Shown piece after piece: positions 13,101-25,100 of a stretch of DNA of 64,000 bases. Position 1 is the stretch's first letter. Every line of letters starts with the position of its first letter. Where the stretch lies: assembly GCA_024679065.1 (NCBI GenBank), contig JAGIQG010000035.1:7440001-7504000 (forward strand). The letters run 5' to 3'. This stretch comes from Sphyrna mokarran (Eukaryota). Under the pieces are notes generated by a model. That model was not told the DNA's origin. It ran no database searches and saw only the letters and a list, made by a program, of their open reading frames with translations. The translations under genes and the position numbers were made by a program.

Positions 13101-16100
13101 TGACTATCCACTCTGTCCGTGCCTCTCATAATCTTGTAGACTTCTATCAGGTTGCCCCTCAACCTCCATCACTCCAGTGAGAACAAACCCAAGTTCCTCC
13201 AATCTCTCCTCATTGCTAATGCCCTCCACACCAGGCAACATCCTGGTAAATCTTTTCTGTACCCTCTCCAAAGTCTCTACATCCTTCTGGTACTGTGGCG
13301 ACCAAAATTGAACACTAGATTCCAAATGTAGCCTAACTTAGGTTCTTTGAAACTGCAACATGACTTTCCAATTTTTAAACTCAATGCAAACACGGCATAT
13401 GCCTTCTTGACTACCTTATCCATCTGCAGTGTTATTTTCAGTGATCTATGTACCTGTACGCCCAGATCCCTCTGCCTATCAATACTCTTAAGGGTTCTCC
13501 CATTTGCTGTGTATTTCCTATCTATATTAGTCCTTCCAAAAAGCATTACTTCACATTTGTCTGGATTAAGCTCAATCTGCCATTTCTCCTCCTCAAGTCT
13601 CCAACCGATGTATATCCTGCTGTATCCTCTGACGCTCTTCATTGCTATCAGCAATTCCACCAACCTTTGTGTCATCCACAAACTTAATAATCAAATCAAT
13701 CACATTTTCCTCCAAATCATTTTTCTATGTTACAAACAACAAAGTTCCCAGCACTGATCCCTGAGGAATGCCACTAGCCACAGTCCTCCATTCAGAAACA
13801 CACTCTTACATTGTTACCCTCTGTCTTCTATAACCAAGCCACTTCTGTATCCACCTTGCCAGCTCACCTCAGATTCCATGCAACTTCACCTTCTGCACCG
13901 GTCTGCCATGAGGGACCTTGTCAAAGGCCTTACTGAAGTCCATGTCGACAATATCCACTGCCCTACCCTCATCAATCATCTTCATAACCTCCTCGCAAAA
14001 CTCATTCAAGTTAGTGAGACACAACTTTCCTTTCACAAAACTATGTTGCGTCTCATTAATATGTCCATTTATTTCCAGTAAATCCTGTTCGAAAAATCCT
14101 CTCCAATAATTTCCCTACCACTGATGTAAGGCTCACCAGCCTGTATTGACCTGGATTATCCTTGCTACTCTTCTTAAACAAAGGAACAGCACTGGCTATT
14201 TTCCAATTATTTGGGACCTCCCCCTAGCCAGTAAGAATACAACAATTTCTCTTGAGGCCCCAGAAATTTCCTTCATTGTCTCTTTCAGTATCCTGCGTTA
14301 TATCCCATCAGGCCCTGGGGACTTGTTTACCTTAATGTTTTTCAAGACCTCCAATACTTCTCTTTATAATCTCAACATGACCCAAACTATCTACACACCC
14401 TTCTCCAGATTTATCATCCAGCAAGTCCTTCTCTTTGGTGAATATTAATGCAAAGTATTAATTTGATACCCTCACCCTTTTCTCTGGCTCCCTCTCCTGT
14501 CCTTGAATGGACCAGCCTCTCCCTGATTATCCTCTTGCTATTTATATATGTATAAAAAGCCTTGGGATTTTCCTTAATCCTTCCAGCCAATGACTTTTCA
14601 TGACCCTTTTTAACCCTCCTGACTCCTTGCTTAAGTTTCTTTCTACTTTCCTTGGATTCCACACTTGCTTTGTGTGTTCTCAGCCTTGACAAATTCCTCC
14701 TTTCTCTTTTTGACTAGGCTCACAGTATCTCTCATTATCCAAGGTTCCCGAAAATTGCCATACTTATCCTTCATCCTTACAGAAACATGCCGGTCCTGAA
14801 TTTCTATCAAATTACACTTGAATGCCTCCTACGTGCCAGATGTTGGTTTGCTCCCAAATATCTGCTGCCAACCTACATTCTTCAGTTCCTGCCTGATGTA
14901 ATTAGCTTTCCTTCAATTTAACACCTTCACCTGAGGATTGCCCTATCTTTATCTATCAGTCCCTTAAAGCTTACTGAATTGTGGTCACTGTTCCCAAACT
15001 GCCCCTCTACTGAAACATCGACAACCTGGCTGGGCTCATTTCCCAGGTCAAATATGGCCCTTCCCCCACCTGGACTATCTACATACTGTATGCTGCCTAC
15101 CAACTCTGCCCCATCCACACTCCTAGCACTAAGTGGATCCCAGTCAATATAGGGGAAGTTAAAATCTCCCAACACAAGAATCCTGTTACTTTCACACCTT
15201 GCCAAAATCTGGTTACATATCTGTTCCTCTATCCCCTGCTGGCTGTTGGGTGGCCTGTAGTAAACCCCAACATTGTGACTATACCATTCCTATACCTAAG
15301 CTCTACCATATTGCCTCACTGTACGAGCCCTCTGAGGTGTCCTCCCACACTACACCTATTATATTCTCCTTAACCTTTAGTGCAACCCATTTTACTTCCA
15401 CCTCTATCTCGCCTGAAACATCTGTATCCTGGAACATTAAGGTGCCAATCCAGTCCTTCCCTTAACTAAGTCTTTGTAATAGCAACAGAGCTACTCTCTA
15501 ATTCCCCTTCAATCCCCTTTGGTTCCCACCCCCCACCAAACTAGTTTAAATCCTCCTATATGACGCTAGCAAACCTCCCGGCCAGAATATTTATACCGCT
15601 CCAGTTTAGATGCAAACTGTCCTTTTGTACAAGTCTCACTTGCCCTGAAAGAGCTCCCACTGGTCCAGATATCTGAAAACCCCTCCTACACCAGCTGTTT
15701 ATCCACGTGTCGAGCTGTAGCATCTTCCTATTTCTAACCTCACTAGCACATGGCACAGGAAGTAATCCTGAGATTATGGATAGCACAGTGGTTAGCACTG
15801 CTGCTTCACAATCCCAGAGACCTGGGTTCAATTCCGGGCTTGGGAAACTGCCTGTGTGGAGTTTTCACATCTCCTCGGGTCTGCATGGGTTTCCTCTGTG
15901 TGCTCCGATTTCTCCCAAAGTCCAAAGATGTGCGGGTTAGGTTGATTGGCCATGCTAAAATTCTCCCTTAGTGTCCTGAGATGCATAGGTTAGAGAGACT
16001 AGTGGGTAAATATGTAAGGATACGGGGGGTAGCACCTAGGTGGGATTGTGGCCGGTGCAAACTCAATGGGCCCGATGGCCTCTTTTTGCACTGTAGGGTT

Positions 16101-19100
16101 TCTATGACTTCTAGAGTCCTGCTTTTTAACTTTCTATCTAACTCTCTAAAGTGCTGCTGCAGGACCATGTCATTTCTTGCCTATGTCGTTAATACCAATA
16201 TATATCATGACCTCTGGCTGCTCATCCTCTCCCTATAGAATGCCTTCTGCCCATTCAGAAATACTCTGGACCCTGGCATCAGGGAGGCAACATATCACCT
16301 TGGAGCCTCTTCCATGTCCACAGAGTTGCCTATCTGTACCCCTAACTACAGAGTTCCCAAAGAACTATTGCCCTAGTGCTCTTTGTCCCTCTCTACTTAA
16401 GAACGGAGCCAGCCGTAGTGTCACTGCTCTGACTGCTGCAGCTATTATTCCCTGATAGGCCACTCATCCCCAACAGTATCCAAAACGCATGCTTGCTTCC
16501 TGCGCTGACTGCCTGCTCCTTCCTGCGGCTACCCATCTATCTACCTCCACCTTGGGTGTCACCACATTACTAAAACTCCTTCCTATGACACTTTCTGCCA
16601 CCTTCATGCTTCTAAGTGCATCCGACTGTTAGAAAAACCCATCAACGCACTCTGCGAGGAGCTGGGTGCAATTCCTGCAGATGCAGTCGTTGGAAGTGTC
16701 ATGTATCTCCCACTTCTCTCAAGTGCATAACCCCACTACCTGACATTTCTATCACCAATTCAATTATTTTAGAACATTTATTAAAAATTCTTACCTTCAC
16801 TTATCGATGTAGATACCCAAAGTAGGGAAAAAGCTTCTGACAATCCATTCTGTTCATGGTCGCCTCTCATAATCTTGTGGACTTCTATCAGGTCACCCCT
16901 CAACCTCTGTTGTTCCAGTGAGAACAAACCAAGTTTCTCCAACGTCTCCTCATAGCTACTACCCTCCATACCTGGTAACATCCTGGTAAATCTTTTCTTT
17001 ACCCACCTCTAGTTGCCCTTGGGGGCTGTGGGTTGGGATAGTTCCTTTTTAACCAACTAACTAGACCAATAAACTTATAACTGGAAAAATTAGATTTACG
17101 ACTTCACTCTTTAAATACCATACTGCTCAAAATTACCAAATTTCAATCCCACTCTGACTGTCTCACACTATGTACAATGTTTACCAATGATGTGCAGGTT
17201 GGGTGGATTAGCCATAATAAATATATGGGGTTAAGGGGATAGGGTGGCAAGGGTGTGGGCCTGGATAAAATACTCTTTCAGGGAGTCGGTGCTGACTCAA
17301 TGGGCTGAACGGCACTGTAGAGATTCTATGGATTCAGCAGTGAGCTGTGAAATATAGGAAGGCAAATTCAATCATTGATAATCAGATCAATTGCATGAAC
17401 TCACCGTCCTTAAAGCTGAGCATTATATCTTCTTTCTTGTCATTGAACAGTCCTGTATATTCTACCCGGCAGTTGTACAGACCCTCATCTCTCATGGTCA
17501 AATTGTATATGGTGAGAGAAACGTTACCTCGCTCAATGTCCCCAAGCAAATTGTATTTTGAGTTAAAACGATGGGTGATACTTGTTCCATCAGTTTTAAT
17601 CAACTGTTGGCCACACAAACATGCAAATATTTCTGAGCAGTCTCGACCCCAACACATCGCAGTTAAACCATAAATGGCAACATTGTAGGTGCAAGGCAGG
17701 GTGACCGAGGATCTCAATGTCCCAATGATATGCAATGCCTCTGCAAAAAGGAATGGAAATTACATTCAGAAACTGTAATATGGAGGAGGGCGTGTTACCA
17801 AAGCAGCTGAATTACAATAATTGAATCAAACACTTTTAAGGTTAGTATCTGTAGATTTAACACAAAGAATGTGGAGGTGCAAAATTAAGTGGCTGCTGCT
17901 GTTTGGAACACGGGGAACTCCCCCAAGCCAGTTCCACCAGTCCATGAAATCTTGGCTGAGCTTCAACTTAATTGCAAGACCTCACCTTAACGTCACATCC
18001 CTTTGGTTAACAAAAATCAATCCCGGATTTAGAGGGGAGTTTTTCCTTTCCCACCTGCCACAGGAATCGTATCAGTGGGACAAAATCCTGTCCTTGCACC
18101 AATTGCCATTTGCATTAGAGAGTTCCAAACCTCTACATAGAAATATAGGAATTAGAAGCAGGCGCAAGTCATTCATTTTGATCATAGCTGATCGTCCAAT
18201 TCAATACCCTGATCCTGCCTTCTCCACATATCCCTTGATCACTTTAGCTGCAAGAGCTATGGCCATGATTCTCCCAAAAAAAGTGCGTGAAAGAAAGGGA
18301 GTTTTTTTTTATCTTGATTTCCAAAAAGAATCTCCACCACTCTGTGCATCATAGAATGCCTCAGCAGGATTCCCTCTTTGTGGGCAAGACCCATTGCCAC
18401 TCAGGAGGCTGGCAGCATAGTGTTGAACAGAATATTGCAGATGTGCCGATCTGTCAGTGCAAAGATTGACTCATACACTGTGACCTTACATTGACAGCCT
18501 CCCAATCAGTGGCCAGGCCTGCAATCCTCCCACTGCTGGCTTTCAAACCCCCCAACCCCGGATCGTGGCTTCCCTGACCTCCACGGGGCAGCCCCAATCT
18601 CCCCACCTCCTCAGGCATACCCGATCTCCCAATTCACCACCCCATGACAGTCCCGACCCTCCAGCAGCCCTGACCCACCTCCCATACCTGATCACTTCTT
18701 TCCACTCTCTCCAAGTCATTCCAATACAGAGAGGCAATGGATCCTCCCCATCCTCACCAATTGCCCTGCCTCCCCCAATAGGCCCTGTGCTCTCTAGCCC
18801 CATCCCCTTTGGCACTGCTAGTTTGTCCCTTGGGCAATGCCGGGGCACTGCCCAGAAAGTAGCCCCCGTTTACTTGCGACCTCCTTGGGGGGTGCCTCAA
18901 TGGCCTCTCTTCCCTCCAGTGGAATAACCCCCTACGTCTAATTCCTTCTTGAAATCACACAACGTTTGATTGTTGTGGACAACCCTAACCCCCCCTGGTT
19001 GTGTAACAATAGGGGGCTGGCCCTCATTCTGGTAAATCGACATTGCGCTTCCCCCTGGACCATACCCTTCTGGAAACTGCCCTCACTACTCCAGGTGTGG

Positions 19101-22100
19101 TCTATACTGTCCCAGAGGGTGATGGCCTGCTCACCCCTTTGAGGCGGTGAAAGCTGACTGATGGTGATTGAGCCTGAGGGTCAACACACCTCAGGCAAGG
19201 AGCAAGGTTAAGAAGGCCTTTATGGATAATCTCAGCTGGTGTGGGAATTGAACCCACGTTGTTGGTGTCACACCGCATCACTAACCAGCAATTCAGCCAA
19301 CTGAGCTAACAGACTCCCCCAGGTATGGTCTAACCAGGGTTTTGTACAGTTGGAGCACAACCTTGTATGTTTCTTTTTCACTTAATTTGTAGGATGTGCG
19401 CATCACTGGGTGATGTCAAGTTGTCATCAGTTTCCAGAAGGGAATGGTCCAGGGCGGGGAAGCACAATGTCAATTTACCAGAATGAGAGCTGGACCCCTC
19501 TTTGTTGGAGCTTTACGTATCCAGGCATGTGGCGAGCATTCCATCCTGCCTTGTGGGCAGCACGGTGGCACAGTGGTCAGCACTGCTGCCTCGCAGTGCC
19601 AGAGAGCTGGGTTCAATTCCCAGCCTCGGGACACTGTCTGTGCGGGGTCTCTGGGACTGTCGTGGGACTGCCTGGAGTAATGAGGGCAGTTTCCAGAAGG
19701 GTATGGGTCCAGGGGGAAGCGCAATGTTGATTTACCAGAATAAGAGCTAGACCCCTGTTGTTACACCATCAGAGAGGGTTAGGGTTGCACTTGCCAGAAT
19801 TTAGAAGATTTAATCTAAGTTTAAGAGGAACAGACAGTGTACAGAGAGAGAAAAACTATCCCGTGTCCATTTATAACCCCCTGGTTATTAATCCTCTGAT
19901 TATTATTTAAAAAGTGAAAAGTTGCAGCATGCTACGGTGTACAGGGACCTGGGATCCTTGTGCACGAATCGCAAAAACCCACTCTGCAGGTGCAGCAGCC
20001 GATCAAGAAGGCGGACGGAATGTTGGCCTTTATAGCGAGGCTGAATAGATGCCAGAATGTGGCTGGAATTTGCAGTGTTAATGTAAGCCTAGCTGTGACT
20101 AATAAATAATAAAGAAATACAAATGCTTACCGAATTGGTGAATGTTTTGATTCCAAATGATCCAATGAAAAACAGCTAGAAAACAAAAAAAAAATTGTGA
20201 TTACGTGCAAAGTTTTTTTGCTAATATATCAAAGCCCGAATTTTCCCACCTTTCACACGGGTTGAATCTTCGGTCCCACTGACAGCAACCCTCCACTGTG
20301 GTTACCCCGGTGATGAGGGGTGCATTCAACGTGAAACCCTGTCGATAGCGGCGGGACGGGAAGATCCCGATGCCAGCCAAAAGCGGGTCACCTCCACCGC
20401 TATGGAACATGCGATAAGTTGTGTGGAAAATCCCACCTCTGGGAGTTTTTGTTGAATTGGCAGAGATTCTCTACGTTCATTTTCAATGGACAGGAGAGCT
20501 AGCTGGGAAGACAATCCAATGGGAGCCCTCAGGAGTCTTTTACGCCAGCAGGACTTCCCATTCCGATTGTCCCAATTATGCCAATGACGTATTAGGATTC
20601 CTGCCGTGAAAGGTCAGGAGATCATGGTGTCCAATGGTAACCATAGTCAGTTAAAACATGACAAAATTCCACCCATTGAGTTGTTGGAGTTCACTGGAAA
20701 ATAAAACTTGACACCAAGGCACAGGATAACATTGCTGTACATTAATATATCACTAGTGAAGCTTCCCAGTCTAATATCTCCCACATCACAATCAGCAGGA
20801 TTTACAACAGATCCTGATCACTGAGAACTGGCAAAGTGTATCTGTCGAGGGAGCGCAGGTAAGTACCCCTGGGGGAAGAGGGGGCGTATAGCAGTGAGGG
20901 TCAGATCCTTTCCTTATCGTGCATACTTGTCAAACTGCATTATGGTGTGGCATGGCATTCACTCCACTCCTGACTGGAAAACTCTTTTGCCAGTAGTCAA
21001 AACTGCCCAATACATCACCCAGCTCCCAGCCTCCCCAGGATATTTATCACAAACGCTGTCTGTGGAAATCTCTCAGCATTACTAGAAATTCCACCCATCC
21101 CAGCCTCAGACTGTTTGCCCCCTCTCTACATTCTGGGAGGTCTTACAGGTGCATTTGAGCCGATCAGAGTAGGTTCAGAAACAGTTCTTCCCTAGACTCA
21201 GCTGGCCTCTGTCCTTGGACATATTTCCAGGCAATGGGCATTGTGGTAACATGCATGTACACATTTAATGACATTGGCCCTTTTTCGTAATGACCACTTG
21301 CATTTGCTTTTTCTTGTATCTTGGGAGCCTGCAAAGTCACTTTTCATCAGATTCGTATTTGCACACCTTACATTGACAATAAAGCTGAACTGAATTTCCT
21401 TGGCACTATTACGATACTGCTGAGGTGGGGGTTTGGCAGGGGGTGCAATGCTGGCTTAGTTGTCTTCAAGTGGAGAAGTCAATACGTGGGGGAATGGTTC
21501 CCATTGTCCATTGTGGGGGTGGTGCTTCCTGAAGGGAAGGGATGGGTAGGGATTTCCTTGAGTGTGAAGGTATGTCCATGGAGAAAGGGGAGAATGCGCA
21601 TGGGGGGGCAGGGAGGGGGGTGGGTGCCTCATGCATGGAGGGGAACGTGCGGGGGTGGAAACGTGCGGGGAGGAAAGTGCGTAGGGTGGGGGAACATGTG
21701 GAAGGGGGGGGGAATTCCTTTTTTTTTTATATTGATCAGGGCACCTTTTAAAAACAACACCGTGATCTCCTGAAGTCCGAAGTTGTTGCTTGGAAGGAGG
21801 ATGTTTTAGAATCCGTCCTACACTGTGTGACCAACCGCGTTCCCCCCCCCCCCCCCCCCGCCCCAGCACCCCCACTCCCCCACCCACCTAGGGGATTTAT
21901 TTTTATCTAACTTTAAAGAGGAATGGCGCGGCAATCCAGCAGTGCAGTTGGCGGGCAGCACACATCTTTGCCCCACCCAAGCTGACAAAGTTAAAGCATG
22001 ATGATATTCCACTCATTGAGTTGTTGGGGTTCATTGGAGAATTATCAAACAAAATTTGGTATCAAGGCACAAAACACAATATCAGGACCAAAAGGCTTTA

Positions 22101-25100
22101 GGAAGGGAAAGTTAAAGTGGGAATTTTATTGTTTCACAGGCTGGCACGATGGTTAGCACTGCTGCTTTCACAGTGCCAGGGACACATGTTCAATTCCGGC
22201 CTTGGACACTGTTCTCCCTGTGTCTGCATGGATTTCCTCCGAGCAGTCCAGTTCCCTCCAACATTCCAATGATGTGTGAGTTAGGTTGGTTGGTTTGCTA
22301 AATTGACCATTACTATTCGGGTGACCAGCAGGGTAGATAGGTGGGTTGTGGAGGGGGTGGTGGGGGAATAGGGCCTGGGTGGGATTGTGGTCGGTGCAGG
22401 CTCGATGGATCTGCACTTGTAGGGATTCTATAATTCTATGATAACGTTGTTGGTATCACTGACCAGGTCAGAATTTGTTGCCTATCCCTAATTGTCCCTT
22501 GAGATCGAGTGGGATCTGGATAGATACATGAATAGGTAGAGAACAGGAGAATATGGACCGCGTAGAGGCAAGAAAATACTAGATTAGAGAGGCAAAAATG
22601 TTGGCACAGACCTGGTGGACCAAAAGACCTGTTCCTATGCTGTGCAGTTCTTTGGTCTTCTTTGAACCGCTGCAGTCTGTGTGGTGTAGGCCCACTCATA
22701 GTCTATTAGGGAGGGAATTCCAGGATTTTGACTCAGTGACAGTGAAGGGATGGCTGTGTGTGAGGGGAATTTCCAGATGGTGGTGTCCCGTGTGTCTACT
22801 GTTCCTGTCTTTCTAGGCGGTAGATGCTGTGAGGTGCTGCCTAAGGATCCTTGGTTAGTAGCTGCAGTGCATCTTGTAGATAGTACACACTGCTCCCACT
22901 GCACGCAACAGTCACACAGAGGCCAGGCCAGGAAGGAATGGCAGATTTCCATCCCCAAAGAAAATCAACGAACAAAATGGATTCTAATCACAACAGGTAA
23001 TGGTCACCATTACCGAAACTAATTTTATTGATTGGAATTTAAATTCCACCAACCACCATGGTGGAAATGGTAGGATTTGAACTCATGTCCCCAGAGCATT
23101 AGCCAGGATTTCTGGACTACTAGTCCATCAATGTTACCACTACCTTCTCTGGGCAGCATGGTGGCTCAGTGGTTGGCACTGCTGCCTCACAGCTCCAGGG
23201 ACCCACGTTCAGTTCCAGCTATGGGTCACTGTGTGGAGTTTGCACCTTCTCCCCAGATTGTGTGGGTTTCCTTCAGGTGCTCCGGTTTCCTCCCACAGTC
23301 CACAGATGTGCGGATTAGGTGGATTGGCCATGGTAAATTGCCCCTTAGTGTCAGGGGCATCAGCAGGGTAAATACATGGGGTTGCCGGGGATAGGGCCTG
23401 GATGAGATTGTTGTCAGTGCATGCCCGATGGGTCGAATGGTCCCATAGGTCCCACAGGGACTGCAGTGGTTCAAAAGGATGGCTCAGTGCCACCTCCTCA
23501 AGGGATAATTAGGGATCAGCAACAAGCCAATGACACCAACAACCTGTGTAAGAATAAATGAGAAAAACAGGTTTCCCACTCTAACTTCCCCTTCTGCGCT
23601 GTTGAGGTTCTCTGCTAACATAGAATCATATTACACCGAAGGCTTATGTGGCCAGTTTGGTTGTTGCAGTGCCTGGAAGAACCATGTTCATTGCTTCCAT
23701 CACTGTGTGATAATGTGTGAAAACACTATCAATATGATTGTTATCAAATCCTTGCCTAATGATATTTTTGTTTTTTCTGTACCTTATCAGCATTTTGCAA
23801 TGCCTGCAGAAGCTGCATTACTTCCTCTTTACTCACTGGTCAGAAATGATTCTGGCAGATAGGGTTTCCTTTGGGCGCAATCAGATAGCATGTTGCACCA
23901 CACCATACAGCTAGCATCGTGAAAAAAAAGGAACGTCTCTCGCAACTTGTTTTCCAAGAAAATTCTGTGTTGCACTCTGTAGATTCAGCTGTTCAATTCA
24001 ATAAACAGTTCTTGCATTCTATCCCAGCTTCATTTACGGGGTGTGGACCAGCATTTATTGCTCATCCCTAATTGCCCCTTCAGAAGGTGAGCTGCCTCCT
24101 TGAGCCGCTGCAGACCCTGTGGTGTAGGTACACCCACAGTGCTGTTTGGGGGGGAAGGGGGGGGGGGGGGGGGGGGGGGGAGTTCCAGAATTTTGACCCA
24201 GCTACAGTGAAGGGACAGCCGATATATTTCCAAGTCAAGTGGCTTTGATGCGAGGCGCTGGGTGGTGTTCCCATGGGTCTTTGTCCCTCTAGATGGGTAC
24301 GGAAGGTGCTAGCTAAGGAATTTCAATGGGTGCCATCTTTCAGATGCTGCAGTACATCTGATACTTGGCACACATGGCTGCCACTATGCCTCAGTGATGG
24401 AAGGAGTCAATATTTGTAGAAAGGGTGCCAATAATGTGAGCTGCTTTGTCGTGGATGGTGCCAAGCTCCTCGAGTGTAGTTGGAGCTGCACCCTCTAGGC
24501 AAGCGGAACGTATTCCATTATACTCCTGACTTGTGCTTTGTAGATGGTAACAGTTTTTTGGGAATCAGGAGGTGACTTCATGCAGAATTCCCAGCCTCTG
24601 ACCTGCTGATATCATACAGCAAATAGTACAGAAATTTGTGAAGTTGAGATTGACCTCCTTGGAGAAGAAGAGAGTAAAAGGAGATCGAATAGGGGTTTGA
24701 AGCGTTTTGAGGGGTTTTGGTAGAGCAAATAAGGAAAAAATTGCTTCCAGTGGAAGGAGGGTCAGAGGTCACAGATTTAAGGTGATTGGCAGAAGAACCA
24801 AAATCAACAGTTTCTTTTTACTCAACACGTTGTCACAATCTAGAATGTGTTGCCTGAAAGGATGGTGGAAGCAGATTCCAAATTAACTTTCAAAAGAGGA
24901 TTATCATAAACCTAAAGATGAAAATTTTGCAAGGTAGTGGACAAAATTCCTGTGAGATTAACAGAAGAGCTCTTTCAAAGGGTCAGCATCAGCACAATGG
25001 AGTGAATGGCCTCCTTGTGCACTGTATGATTCTATGAAATGGAATGATATTCACAAATTATCAATGTGTTGGTGGCATTACCACTTCCAATAGTGTGGGC

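Larger units (their letters stand above)
5520..17935. repeat. Four-unit intragenic tandem duplication (Rex1 3' fragment + SINE remnant + IgV exon + about 200 nt of upstream intron)
   Basis: Homologous blocks at about 5520-8520, 8520-10760, 10760-11845 and 11845-17935 share flanks such as gttaccaaagcagctgaatcac and ggattcagcagtgagttgtgaaatataggaaggc. Confidence 0.9.

Noticed and set aside
7900-17420. RAG-type V(D)J recombination of the V array
   Set aside because: No heptamer/nonamer signals abut the V exons; each V is a complete domain with a G strand and a normal splice donor
17985-18040. Strong minus-strand donor AAG|gtgagg just upstream of V4 as a leader exon
   Set aside because: The phase-1 frame contains stops, so it cannot encode a leader
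23530-23960. Unique stretch with splice-like sites on both strands
   Set aside because: No open, recognisable or leader-like reading that fits the gene model
24147-24180. Poly-G tract or G-quadruplex (also poly-C at 21843-21859)
   Set aside because: Homopolymer expansions inside repeats with no evidence of function
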